DNA of 64,000 nt from the human T2T-CHM13v2.0 reference genome, Homo sapiens. The translations under genes were made by a program, and so were the position numbers. The DNA lies in NCBI RefSeq assembly GCF_009914755.1, contig NC_060947.1. One strand, written 5' to 3'. Below are positions 45,672 to 58,139 of the stretch, piece by piece. The notes under the pieces are model-generated. The model searched no databases, was not told where the DNA came from, and was given only the letters and a program-made list of their open reading frames with translations. Each line of letters opens with the position of its first letter. Position 1 is the stretch's first letter.

Positions 45672-46842
45672 CATATATATGGGGCTTTATATATATGTAT
45701 ATATACACACTATATTATATATAGTATATACATTATACATGTAATGTATATACTATATATTTTTGAGACAGTATATAGCTATTATATATAGTATATACAT
45801 ACATATATACTACATATACACTATGCATATATACTTACAATCTGCTGAGAGGCTTAAACATAAACATGAATAAACATAAACACAAACAATACAAAGGAAT
45901 AGCTAAGAGAAAAAGAAAGTCTATAAAGATGATCTTACATTTAGAATTAGCTATACATACATATACATATATACACTATATGCATAGTATAGTATATGCA
46001 GTGTATATATATTACATGTATAGTATATATGTATATATACTATATGCATAGTACATATATTAATACATATATGTACTATGTGACACGTATGTATTTTTAT
46101 ATATACATATAGTACATATACTATATACTATAGATAGTATATGTATAGTATATGTACTATACTACACTATACTAATGTACTGTACTATACCATATATACT
46201 ATATATAGTACCTACATACTATACTATATGGTATACTATATACTATATTTATACATCTATACTATACTATAGTATATACACACATATACTATGTGTATAT
46301 AGTATGCATATTATATACATATATAGTATAATATACGTACACTATACACAATACATACTATATGTATGTATACTATACATGTACATATACTAGACATACT
46401 ATATTTGTATAGTTTATATACACTATATATACCATATAGCATATAAACACTATATATACTATATAGTATATACAATATATATACACACATAGTATATACG
46501 ATATAGTATATACAATATATATACACATACAGTATATACTATATAGTATATACAATATATATACACATACAGTATATACTATATAGTATATACAATATAT
46601 ACACACATACAGTATATACTATATAGTATATACAATATATATACACATACAGTATATACTATATAGTATATATAATATATATACACATATAGTATATACT
46701 ATATGTATATACAATATATATACACATATAGTATATACTATATAGTATATATAATATATATACACATATAGTATATACTATATAGTATATACAATATATA
46801 TACACTATATAGTATATACTATGTGTGTGTATATATATATAT
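45672..46842. repeat. ~1.17-kb TA-rich low-complexity block with a 40-bp-period minisatellite and a captured insert
   Basis: Unit atatagtatatacaatatatatacacatacagtatatact repeated ~9 times (~46451-46820); non-repetitive insert at 45834-45948. Confidence 0.9.
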
Positions 46843-47124
46843 TTTGAGATAGTATCTCACTGTGTCTCCCAGGCCGGAGTGCAGTGTTGTGATCATAGCT
46901 CACTGCAGTTTCTACCTCCTAGACTCAAGCCATCCTCTTGCCTCAGCCTTCTGAGTAGCTGGGAATACAGGTTCATGCCACCATGCCCAGATAATTTTAT
47001 TTTTTCAGAGATACGGGATCACTGTGTTACCCAGGCTAGTCTCAAACTCCTGGCCTCAAGTGATCCTTTTGTCTTGGCCTCCCAAAGTGCTGGGATTACA
47101 GGCACCAGCCACCATGCCCCGCCT
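46842..47124 (-). mobile_element. AluJ whose tail end abuts the TA block
   Basis: ttttgagatagtatctcactgtgtctcccaggccgg...gatcatagctcactgcag. Confidence 0.9.
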
Positions 47125-49500
47125 TAAGCCTTTCAAGTATTTGAAAAGAGCTACCTTGTTGTATTAATTATCTGTCACTATCTAACCAATTATCAAACTA
47201 TCTCCAAGTTTGTGACCCAAAACAAAAAGCATTCCTTGAGGTTTCTGCAAATTGAGGGTCTGGATGTGGTCACCTGGGTTCTCCATTTCAAGAAGAAGAT
47301 CTCTTATAGGCTACAAATATTCTAGTCAATGGGAAAGATTCACTAAGTCCTGCCCACACACAAGTGCAAACGGATCCTCAAGAGCACCAATTTCAGCAGG
47401 CAGGGATGATTGGATACATTTTTGAAGGCCGCCTACCACATATGTGGCTCTGTTTTCTTTTCTCCGGGTCCACACTTTCCTTAATCATCTCTCCAGCAGG
47501 AAGCCCAGGTCTGCATTTCTTCATACTCTGCACTAGTCCTTACTTGGACTTAGACATTTAGCCATGGCTCTTCTCATATCTCATTCAAAAATAAAACCAA
47601 AAGGGATGCCTTTCTGTCTCTTCATTTCCCCCAAGTCCCTGTTTTTTTGTTTTAATTTAGAAAATGTTATTTGAATCTTCCCCAAAATTTAGGATATTTT
47701 CCACATAAGTCCACAAGCAGCAACTTAGATAAGCAGGCTGCCTGTGTAAGTGTGTGTCGCTATTTCCACCCTCCAACTACTTTCTTTTCTTGTTTATGCT
47801 GGATGTCTCAAAACCCATATTCTATATGAAGTCTCATTGCTCAAGCTGGGAAAGCTTTGTTCTCCAAAATCCTTGATGTTTAGACACACACAGAAAGTCA
47901 CAGTACCACACACACACCCTGAGTAGTATCCTTTAGGTTATTTTGAGCTCTTCCTTCAAATCCCAGCAGTTTGAAGTGCACATGCTGAGCAACTCTCAGC
48001 AGAGCTGAGGAAAGTCTATAAAGATGATCTTACATTTAGAATTGACTAAAGGGTTTTATTTTTAGTTTTATTGGTCTGTTTTCTGTCACAGAGGGGCTGC
48101 CATTGTAATAGTCCTGCCAAACATCGCATTCAAGATTTAATACATGGATACACCTGTCAGCCATAGCTTCCCAACTTAAAGTAAATGAATTTGTAAAGAT
48201 GCATATTTATGACTGTGCAAATTCTAAAGCTAATAGGACAAATAAACTCTCTAAATTTCCAATTTTCTACATTTAATATTTCATGTATTCAAAATGTACA
48301 CCAAGTCAGTCAATCCTCCTTCTTTCCTCAGAATGGAAATACAAACCACTGTCATTGACATCTTTATTGTGAAGTCCATACTGGACTTACCTTGGGTGTC
48401 TATATAGTGAATGCATCTTGGGAATAAGCTCAGAACACAGCCAGCATTTACGATCAAGTAAATCCAGGCTGGCTTGCTTCCTTTGACTTCTATCACCTGC
48501 CACAGGTAAAATATAATATCCCTGTAGCTGGGTGAAAACATCATGTGTTTTGGATTTATACAGATTTGAGTATACACCTGAATTTAATTAAACCACTTCA
48601 GAAATGTGTATAAATCATTGATTCTTCGTAAGCCTGCTTTCCCATGATTTAACAAATTTTAATACTAGGAATATTAAAGATGATGATAGTTCAAAATGTT
48701 GAAGAAACAAAGAACAAACGGTATATAAAAGTTGTTCATTCTCTTCCTTCTTGCTGTTTCTAGAGCTCACTAGAAAATTTCTTCCAGAAAGATATCCTTC
48801 TTACTGGAAAAACTTGGTAAAATGTACGGAGACCCCCAGAATTTTAATACTCAAGTGACACCACTTAAATGTGGATAAAGAATGAAAATCCCAGCAATAT
48901 ATTAAAGACTGGGGTGGGATTTGGGCATCTTTATGGCATAAGCCAACAACACAAAGACTGGGTCTTCTGTTCAAGAGAAGAGAGTTCTGAAAATTGCTTT
49001 CCATGAAAGCTTTCTTCTTACAATTATTTGTCCCCTCACCCTGAGCCTTAGTAATATTTTACACATGCACACAAACAGAAGCCCACATACACTCACTCCC
49101 TCTATCCTGAATTTTAGATGTACTATTCATTCAAGAAGATATGGTACAATTCCACACTTGCTAATTCATGGATTCAATACTCATTTCTTCTCTGCAACAC
49201 AAAATGGTCCTTGGAGATATGACATAGGCTCCTTTGGAGCACCATACATTGCCAAGATTTGAGTGCTACTAAACGAAATTTGAAAGTTCCCCCTTTTATC
49301 TCCATAGAATGGAGGAGGCGATGGAAGAACGGATTCACTCAAAATCATATTTGAAACACGTCTTCATGGATCCATGGTATGTTTTTTAAAGTAGGTTTTC
49401 ACTTGTAATACTTTGTCTCCATTCATAATCGTAGGGATCTGACAGGGGACTTTGCAGTCTTTTCATTTTTGTAAAAGAATTTTCCTTTTGCCACTGATAT

Positions 49501-49553
49501 TGAGCTGCAGATGAGGTGTAGTTTGAGGTGAGCTGCAGATGAGGTGCAGTTTG
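49501..49553. repeat. 28-bp tandem duplication
   Basis: tgagctgcagatgaggtg(t/c)agtttg repeated at 28-bp offset. Confidence 0.9.
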
Positions 49554-49623
49554 CCCCATGGTGTCTTTACCAGCTGCATAATATTTTGAGAGCGGAAGAG
49601 AGAACACACAGGGGATAATTTTA

Positions 49624-50867
49624 TAATTGTATTTTGTATTTTTATTAGAAAATACGTCAGGTGTGCAGAAATGTACAGATAATAACATAACAGATATCCA
49701 CAAATCTACCATCCAGACATAAAATATATATATTTTTTTCGCCATAAATTTTTCTTTTTTTTTTTTGACTGGGAAGAAAAACAGGTTTAATTGGACTTAG
49801 AGTTCCACATGGCTGGGGAGGCCTCAGAATCATGGCAGGAGGCAAAAGGCACTTCTTGCATGGTGGCGGCAAGAGAAAATGAGACGTAAGCAAAAGTAGA
49901 AACCCCTGATAAACCCAATAGATCTCATGAGACTTATTCACTATCACGAGAATAGCACGGGAAAAAGACTGGCCCCCATGATTCAATTACCTCCCTATGG
50001 GTCCCTCCCACAATACATGGGAATTCTGGGAGATACAATTCAAGCTGAGATTTGGGTGGGGACACAGCCAAACCCTATCATCCTGCCCCTGACTCCTCCA
50101 AATCTCACGTCTTCACATTTCGAAACGAATCATGCCTTCCCAACAGTTCCCCAAAAGTCTTAATTCATTTCAGCATTAACCCAAAAGTCCACAGTCCAAA
50201 GTCTCATCTGAGACAAGGCAAGTCCTTTCTGCCTATGAGCCTGTAAAATCAAAAGCAAACTAGTTACTTCCTAGATACCATGGCGGTACAGGTATTGGGT
50301 AAATACAGCTGTTCCAAATGGGAGAAATTGGCCAAAGCAAAGGGGTTATAGGGCCCATGCAAGTCCAAAATCCAGCAGGGCAGTCAAATTTTAAAGCTCC
50401 AAAATGATCTCCTTTGACTCCAGGTCTCACATCCAAGTCACACTGATATAAGAGGTGGGTTCCTATGGTCTTGGGCAGCTTCACCCCTGTGGCTTTGCTG
50501 GGTACAGCCTCCCTCTCGGCTGATTTCATGGGCTGGCATTGAGTGTCTGCGGCTTTTCCAGGCGCATGATGCGAGCTGTCAGTGGATGTACCATTCTGGG
50601 GTCTAGAGGACGGTGGCCCACTTCTCACAGCTCCACTAGGCAGTGCCCCAGTAGGGACTCTGTGTGGGGGCTCCTACCCCACATTTGCCTTCTGCACTGC
50701 CCTAGCAGAGGCTCTCCATGAGGGCCCTGCCCCTGCAGCAAACTTTTGCCTGGGTATCCAGGCATTTCCATTCATCTTCTGAAATCTAGGTGGAGGTTCC
50801 CAAACCTCGATTCCTGACTTTTGTGTACCTGCAAGTTCCAACCCTGCCAAGGGTTGGAACTTCCACC
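49624..50867 (-). mobile_element. Processed THE1A retrocopy (5'-truncated internal region, U3-R, poly(A), extra 3' segment)
   Basis: THE1-int 50081-50867; THE1A LTR 49767-50080 stops at cttcccagtc followed by poly(A) (T-run 49749-49766); exact 15-bp TSD caggggataatttta at 49609-49623 and 50868-50882. Confidence 0.85.
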
Positions 50868-51336
50868 CAGGGGATAATTTTAAAGCACTGAGACTGGGCG
50901 GCCATGGGAGAGAGATTCACCCTACAAAGCAGCAAGACACCTTGATGTAAGTCACATAGAACTGGCTCCACACGAGGTGTAAGTCTGCATCCTCACAAAG
51001 GGCGGGACTCTATAAGTGAAGACAGGAACAGGAGAGACACCCACAGCCTGTGCGTGGGGCTCAAGGCACAGGTCCAATTATCTGATGAAGGTAGGGTAAG
51101 GAGAAAAGGGGTGAGACTGCCCTGTTCCAAAGAGGATCAAGAATAGAGACTGCTTGGAAAGCGTGTGAGTTTTGGGGCTCAGGGTGGCATATCCTGAACC
51201 CCAGCACTCACTTATTGGCATTTGGGAAAACAGGCAGAGCAGGAAACCCACGTTCACCTTCCCCTCATCCTTCTCCTCCAAAGCAGGCCATGAAACCTAG
51301 GAAGGATTTTCTGACCTTCCCCAAAGCAGGCCCTAA

Positions 51337-51972
51337 TGATACAGGAGCTAGAAAGAAATTATTTAGGCAGATAGTTAGGGTAAAAGGAGTCCTCGGTAAG
51401 GCTTCCCTTTTAATAAAAAGCAGCCCCACATAATTTCTTTTCTCACAAAGAGCAGCCTGAAAAATCGAGCTGCAGACACAGATAAGCAAGCTGCAAGTTT
51501 GCATGGGTGAATGCCGGCAGCCATGCCAATACAGCAGGGCTACCTGGAAGCCAGGGGTGTTCAGCATGGAGCCTCCGTCTTCCCTTTTCTTTTCACCACG
51601 TGTACAGTAAGGGCCAGGCAACATGGCGCTGACCAGGTAGAGAACCCATCTGCATAATAAAAGGTTAAGGTGGGGCAGTCAGCTTCTTTGTGTACTGTGT
51701 AAACGGCACACCTAGTCCAACCAATTTTTTGTGCTCTATGTAAATCAGACTTTACCTCCTCAAGCTCATCTATAAAACTGCCTGCATTTCACCACGGAAC
51801 TGGCAACCCATTTTCTCCAGGACCCCACTCTCTGCAGCAGAAAGAGCTTTTCTCTTTCTTTTGCCTATTAAACTTCCACTCTTAACCTCACTCTGGTGTG
51901 ACCGCGTCCTAGTTTTCCATGGCCACGGGACAACAAACCTCAGGTTTTACCCCAGACAACAATGCCACTTCA
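51337..51972 (+). mobile_element. LTR9B-like ERV1 solo LTR
   Basis: tgatacaggagctagaaagaaattatttaggcagatag...gccacttca; exact 4-bp TSD ctaa. Confidence 0.8.
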
Positions 51973-52091
51973 CTAAGGCCTTCATTCAAGAGGGGCCGTC
52001 CTCATACCTGGGTAAAGGTATATCTTTATCTCCGAAGATGAAGAATCTGAAGACAGGTCTTGTTAAAGTTCCCCCAAGTTTGTTTCCATGA

Positions 52092-52633
<542 letters not shown>

Positions 52634-52845
52634 TCCCTGTTTTTTAAGTTTTCATTTCCTCATGAAAGCTCCTGTGTGATATAAAAACTAACATTAAAGA
52701 AATGTGTTTGCTTTACCCAAGTTAATCTGTCTTTTCTTTTAAGGGGCCTCAGGCATGAGTATAGGATGGGAAGAAAAGGTATTTCTTTTCTCCTACATGT
52801 GCAATTACTTTTAGACATTAAAAAGCAAAAACAAAAACAAAAACT

Positions 52846-52947
52846 GTAGCCCAGGGAGGTGAGGTTGCAGTGAGCCATGATCTTGCCATTGCACTTCAGC
52901 CCGGGTGACAAAGTAAGACCTTGTCTTAAAATAAATAAATAAATAAA
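52846..52947 (+). mobile_element. Alu 3' fragment
   Basis: gaggttgcagtgagccatgatc...gtgacaaagtaagaccttgtct with (AAAT)n tail. Confidence 0.8.
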
Positions 52948-53290
52948 ACTGTCTATGTAGTGGGTGAAGGAAAAAAAAATCCTTTACCTCGATAGATATA
53001 TCTTTGACATATTTTGAAATGGCTGTCACAGGTTCAGCAAACAGATGTACCCTTGCAAGGCTGTCTATTGTGGGGGGATATTTGCATCTACAGAGAATCA
53101 CCATGAATGTATGCAGGCCTTTTCCATGCCTTTCCAGGATCTAGGAGAGCTTGAGACTCTGACACCTTTACATTTAAGTCTGAAAAGAAATATTTACCAT
53201 CTCTTCTCTCTGAGAATGGTGACCTATTAGGCTTCACCTACACAACAAAGTCTGCTTTACTAGCCAGTCCTCTTTCTTTCTTGCTCCCAT

Positions 53291-54302
53291 TGTTACTGGA
53301 AAGGGGTCCTGATCCAGACACCAAGAGAGGGTTCTTGTATCTCACACAAGAAAGAATTCAGGGCAAGCCCATAGAGTAAAGCGAAAGCAAGTTTATTAAG
53401 AAAGTAAAGTAATAAAGAATGGAAACTCCATAGGCAGAGGCCCCAAGGGCTGCTGCTTGCCCATTTTTATGCTTATTTCCTGATGATATGCTAAATAAGG
53501 GGTGGATTATTCATAAGTCTTCCAGGAAAGGGGTGGGCAATTCCTGGAATGGAGGGTTCCTCCCCTTTTTAGACCATATAGGGTAACTTCCGGACATTGC
53601 CGTGGCACCTGTAAACTGTCATGGCACTGATGGGAGTGCGTTTTAGCATGCTAATGCATTATAATTAGCATATAATCAGCCATGAGGAGGACCGGAGGTC
53701 ACTCTCATTGCCATCTTGGTTTTGGTGGGTTTTGGCCGGCTTCTTTATCTGTTTTATCAGCAAGGACTTTACGACCTGTGATATAGTTTGGCTGTGTCTC
53801 CACATAAATCTCATCTTGAATAGTAGTTTCTATAATCCTCACATGTTGTGGGAGGGACCCATTTGGAGGTAATTGAATCATGGGGGCAGTCACCACCCCT
53901 ATGCTGCTGTTCTTGTGATAGTGAGTGGGTTCTCACAACATCGGAGGATTGCATAAGGGGCTTTCCCCCCTTTTGCTCGACACTTCTCCTTGCTGCCACT
54001 ATGTGAAGAAGGATGTTTTTGCTTCCTTTTCCACCATGATTGTAAGTTTCCTGAGGCCTCCCCAGTCATGCTTAACTGTGAGTCAATGAAACCTCTTTCC
54101 TTTATAAATTACCCAGTTTCGGGTATGTCTGTATTAGCAGCATGAGAACAGACTAATACAACCTGTATCTTGTGCTGACCTCCTATCTCATCCTGTGACT
54201 TAGAATGTCTAACCTCCTGAGAATGCAGTCTCATAGGTCTCAGTCTTATTTTACTCAGCCCATACTCAAGATGGAGTCACTCTGGTTCAAAGGCCCCTGA
54301 CA
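53291..54302 (-). mobile_element. MER41B solo LTR
   Basis: tgttactggaaaggggtcctgatccagac...caagatggagtcactctggttcaaa...ctgaca; exact TSD ccat. Confidence 0.85.
53779..54160 (+). mobile_element. THE1C/D solo LTR nested in MER41B
   Basis: tgatatagtttggctgtgtc...gactaataca; exact TSD acctg. Confidence 0.9.
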
Positions 54303-54704
54303 CCATAACCTGTCTGGACACTAAACCTGGTTGACCAACGTAACCTGTTTTTGGCTATGCTCCAGTCTGCATTCTTTCCATAACCTGAAGCTGGTATATC
54401 AGCTTCTGTACCTTATTGTCGGGTTGGGTCTTCCTTCTAAATGCTCCCATGTATATATGTTAAATACATTTGTATGCCATTTCTCCTATTAATCAATCTG
54501 CCTCATGTCAGTTGCTTTTCAGTGAACTTCCAGGGAGCCAAAGGCAATGGCCCCCACTTGGGCATATATAATGAAAAATCAAATTTAAAATGTTGCCTTT
54601 TTAAAATTCACTAAATAAAAATAAACATGTTCAGGAAAGCAACTCTCCTATAACTTCAAAGAGCACCCAGGTGGAAGACGGTTTGTTGTTTACTGCAATT
54701 AAGG

Positions 54705-54830
54705 GAGAGGTGATCTTGGACTTGATCTTGGACTTCAAGCCAAAACTTAAATTTACGTTGTTTAAAAGCCACCAAGTCTATGGGATTCTGTTGTTGTTGT
54801 TGTCATGGCAGCCTGAAAGTATTAAGACAT
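54705..54830 (+). mobile_element. MLT1 3' fragment
   Basis: tgatcttggact x2...aagccaccaagtctatgg...attaagaca. Confidence 0.6.
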
Positions 54831-56978
54831 TTATTGAAGGAGCCATGGAGCAAGGGATTCAGCCACGAGAAATGGGATCCTACAAGAGCACGCAGAGGGA
54901 CTAAATATTGTTACTGCACATAACGTTTTAGGATCATATAGGGTGAAAAAAATATATCCCTGGGCAACTTGTCCCACAAGATGGTTCAGAGCAGCACTAG
55001 GAAACACACATCAGACCTTGCCAATGACAGAGAAATGAAAATCACACATCACCCTGCAGCAAAACAGCTTCCAAATGAACGAGGAGAATTGGGGCAGAAA
55101 GAAACAGCTTAGCACCGGGTCATTCCCTGCCCACCCGCGTGGTCTGATCACACTGAGCTCTCTGCTCCGGGCCCTTGCAAAAAGAAAATGTGCTAGATGT
55201 AGTGAAAAGGAAAGGAGGTCCCCTGGCAGATGGTATAATATCAAAAACCATGTATTCTGCTCCTTGGGAGCTTGGTAAAAGGTGATGGACATGGTGTTTC
55301 TGGCACCTCCTGGAATATGACTTAGGGGGCCTTGACTCCCACCTCTAAGTCTCCAGCTTGGAATGGAGAGAGGAGAGCCACAGGAAGCTGAGTGTGGGGT
55401 TTCTAGCAGCATTCAAACAAGAGGAATTGAGGATACCAGCCAGTCTGTGAGCAGAGTACAGGAGCTATGGAGCTTCCCAGAGAATTCCCTTCTTGTCTCT
55501 CCCATCCTGAATGCAAGCTGAGCCCCACCCCAGCTTGCTGTGCAAGAGAACAGATCTATCCCTCAAGGTTCCTTCTCCAGCAGACCCACATGTCAGAAAC
55601 AGGGGTTATTTCTTATAGGTTGGTTTATACCTAAGACCCACTCCAAAGAAGCAGGCGGCAACAAGGCTGGGGTATGCACATAACCAAAATCGACTCACTG
55701 ATTTGGTCTTACTTAGGAAAACAAAGTTAAACTAATACTAAGAAATTTTTTTTAACAAAAACCCATAGGGACAATTCTCATTGTCTTTGCAAAATTGTCT
55801 CTGATCTCATATAAATTCTAAGTCAAAACACATAGTACCACTTTTGCAAATACTTTTAAGATAATCAGAAGTAGTATGCTAGATTTTTTAAGTCCCCTTC
55901 CCCCATACTCCTCTCATTTCTCAAATCTGAGCTGGAGCTTTAAGAAATTTTCTAAGTATTTTTAAATGGAAAGTCTATTTTTTTAATTCTAATATACCAT
56001 AAAATAATACCTACATGCAACTTGCATAACTGTAACAAATGTACAATTTATATAAAATAGCAAGTGCCACATTTATTTTTTAACTTATAAGCTTAATTAA
56101 GTCCTTACAGAGGGATTCAATGTCTCATTATTTAAGAAGGTCCTTATCTTAGTCATTCTCCAAAGTCTCTACCCTTTGATCAGAACACCAGGTAGGGACA
56201 ATTGAAAGACAAGGAGGTACAGGGAATGCTCTTATTTAATAGTAGCTGAAAACTTACATACATAGACATAGTAGTATAAACATATATGAAAATATATAGT
56301 AGCACAAACTCACATGGATGTCCACACTAAACTTATATAGATATAGTAGCATAAATTTATGTGGATGTACAACGTAGCAAAAAAAGAAGAAGAAAATGTC
56401 AAGAACCTTTGATATTCATGCTAATTCAGCAACAAGTTATAGGTCCTAGGTTTTAATATCTAAGAAAATATATAAAGTCTTACCACTAATTCAGAAATGC
56501 AGGTACATCACTCATTCTTGATTTTCCTTTTGTTAGACAAGATCCTCTCTAAGGTATCCTCTGTCTTCTTGTAAATTTCCATGTAAAAGGAAAACCACAG
56601 ATTGACCATAAACTCCTGGAGAAACTAGGGTGAAGTCCCCTTAACTGTCTGTGGGCTCTGGGAGGGCAGGAATCTCACCCCTCTGAGACTGTTCAGCAGC
56701 AAGGATTTAAGACAGAGGCCAGCACACTGTAGATGTCATGGAAGCAGTGATTGTTAGGGATTGTCATGGACACAGCTCTCCAGACAGCTGGATGCTCAGC
56801 TCTTTTTCAGGGATGCCTAAGTGGCGACTCTACCTTCTACTCTCAAACAAGAATGTGGCTGGGCTGAGGTTGCGTTTGGATCCCACATTGCCCAATTACT
56901 TCCTTACATAAACCTCAGTGTTGTTAGTGTAAATCCTTCTGGATTGGTGACCCAAGCTCATTATTATGAAAAGGAAGG

Positions 56979-57335
56979 TGTTACCGGTGGAGGGTGTCCA
57001 GGTTCTTGGCGTCTTGAACAAAGAATTGGACAAAATGCAAAAACAAAGCAAGGAAGGAATGAAGGGATTTATTGAAAATGAAAGTACACTCCACAGTGTG
57101 GGAGCGGGCCCGAGCATAGGGGCTCAAGAGCTGTGTCACACAATTTTGGGAGTTTAAATACCCTCTAGAGGATTCTATTGGTTATTTGGTGTATGCCGTA
57201 TGTAAATGGAGAGGATGAATAAAGTTACAAAGTCATTTACTCGGAGTTTGCCCTATAGAGAGGTTATTTCCTGTCATAGCTGAAGTGTGAATTGCCCTTA
57301 TGTTCCCTGGCTCCAGACCCTATTTTCCTGCCTTA
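56979..57335 (-). mobile_element. MER61A-like ERV1 solo LTR
   Basis: tgttaccggtggagggtgtccaggttcttggcg...ctccagaccctattttcctgcctta. Confidence 0.8.
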
Positions 57336-58139
57336 AAAGTGCACAGCAAAAATTCTACCTCTTTCTCAACTAGAGCAAATCCACATTTGTGCAGAATTTT
57401 GTCAACAAATGTGCTTTCCAAGCAAGGGATGGGAGCAAAGAAAAGTCCCATTGAGAAGCACTGCCATCCACTCTACAATCTGAAGCCACCCTATTCTGTC
57501 AACGTCTGCATCCTTGTTGAGTAGCTTAAACACAGAAGAGCCTGTATATTGTCACTTGCAGGTTCATCTACAATCTGATGCACAGCTCAAAGGAAGATAC
57601 ACACTTCGAGTAGTTTATCTACAATTCATACTGGATATTTGCAGGACTAAATGAAGTTCTCTTTCATTATTACTGTGAGTAACACATGTATTTTATACTG
57701 TATCGGCATGGGGATCAGGCACCATTTTAAGTCAGGGAGGAGAATGTTTCAACTTTCAGCTCTGTGCTTTAAAAATGTATGCACTAACAGGGTTTTCTAA
57801 CAATAGGCATATACACATGCATTAGTTTCCTGCTGCTGCCACAGGAAAGATGCTACAGGCATCTTTGGGGAACTAGTATTTTACAGCTCATAAATACATA
57901 TTCGTGTATATCTGTGATGAGTCCTTTTTGCAACACCGTTTCATAGCCAACACCCAGTTTACAATATATACTGGAACAAAGATGTCAGCGAAAATAAGTG
58001 AGATCCATGCACATTGCATACTTGTTTGTCTACTGATTCAGAATTCACATGGAACAGAAAATGGATAACTTAACCTCCCCCTACACACACAAACTTATGA
58101 CACTGTTGCTATATATGTGTGTGTGTGTGTGTGTGTGTA

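Larger units (their letters stand above)
52965..54558 (+). mobile_element. ERV1 LTR (LTR48/MER34-group), outer host of the LTR nest
   Basis: tgaagg...tctttgacatattttgaaatggctg; ggatctagg; ttctcctattaatcaatctgcctcatgtcag; TSD tggg. Confidence 0.7.

Noticed and set aside
46451-46820. Regular 40-bp repeats superficially like a CRISPR array
   Set aside because: Head-to-tail units with no unique spacers, in primate DNA; an AT-rich minisatellite
50260-50628. 122-aa ORF in THE1 internal sequence
   Set aside because: Decayed MaLR internal region with no evidence of an intact gene
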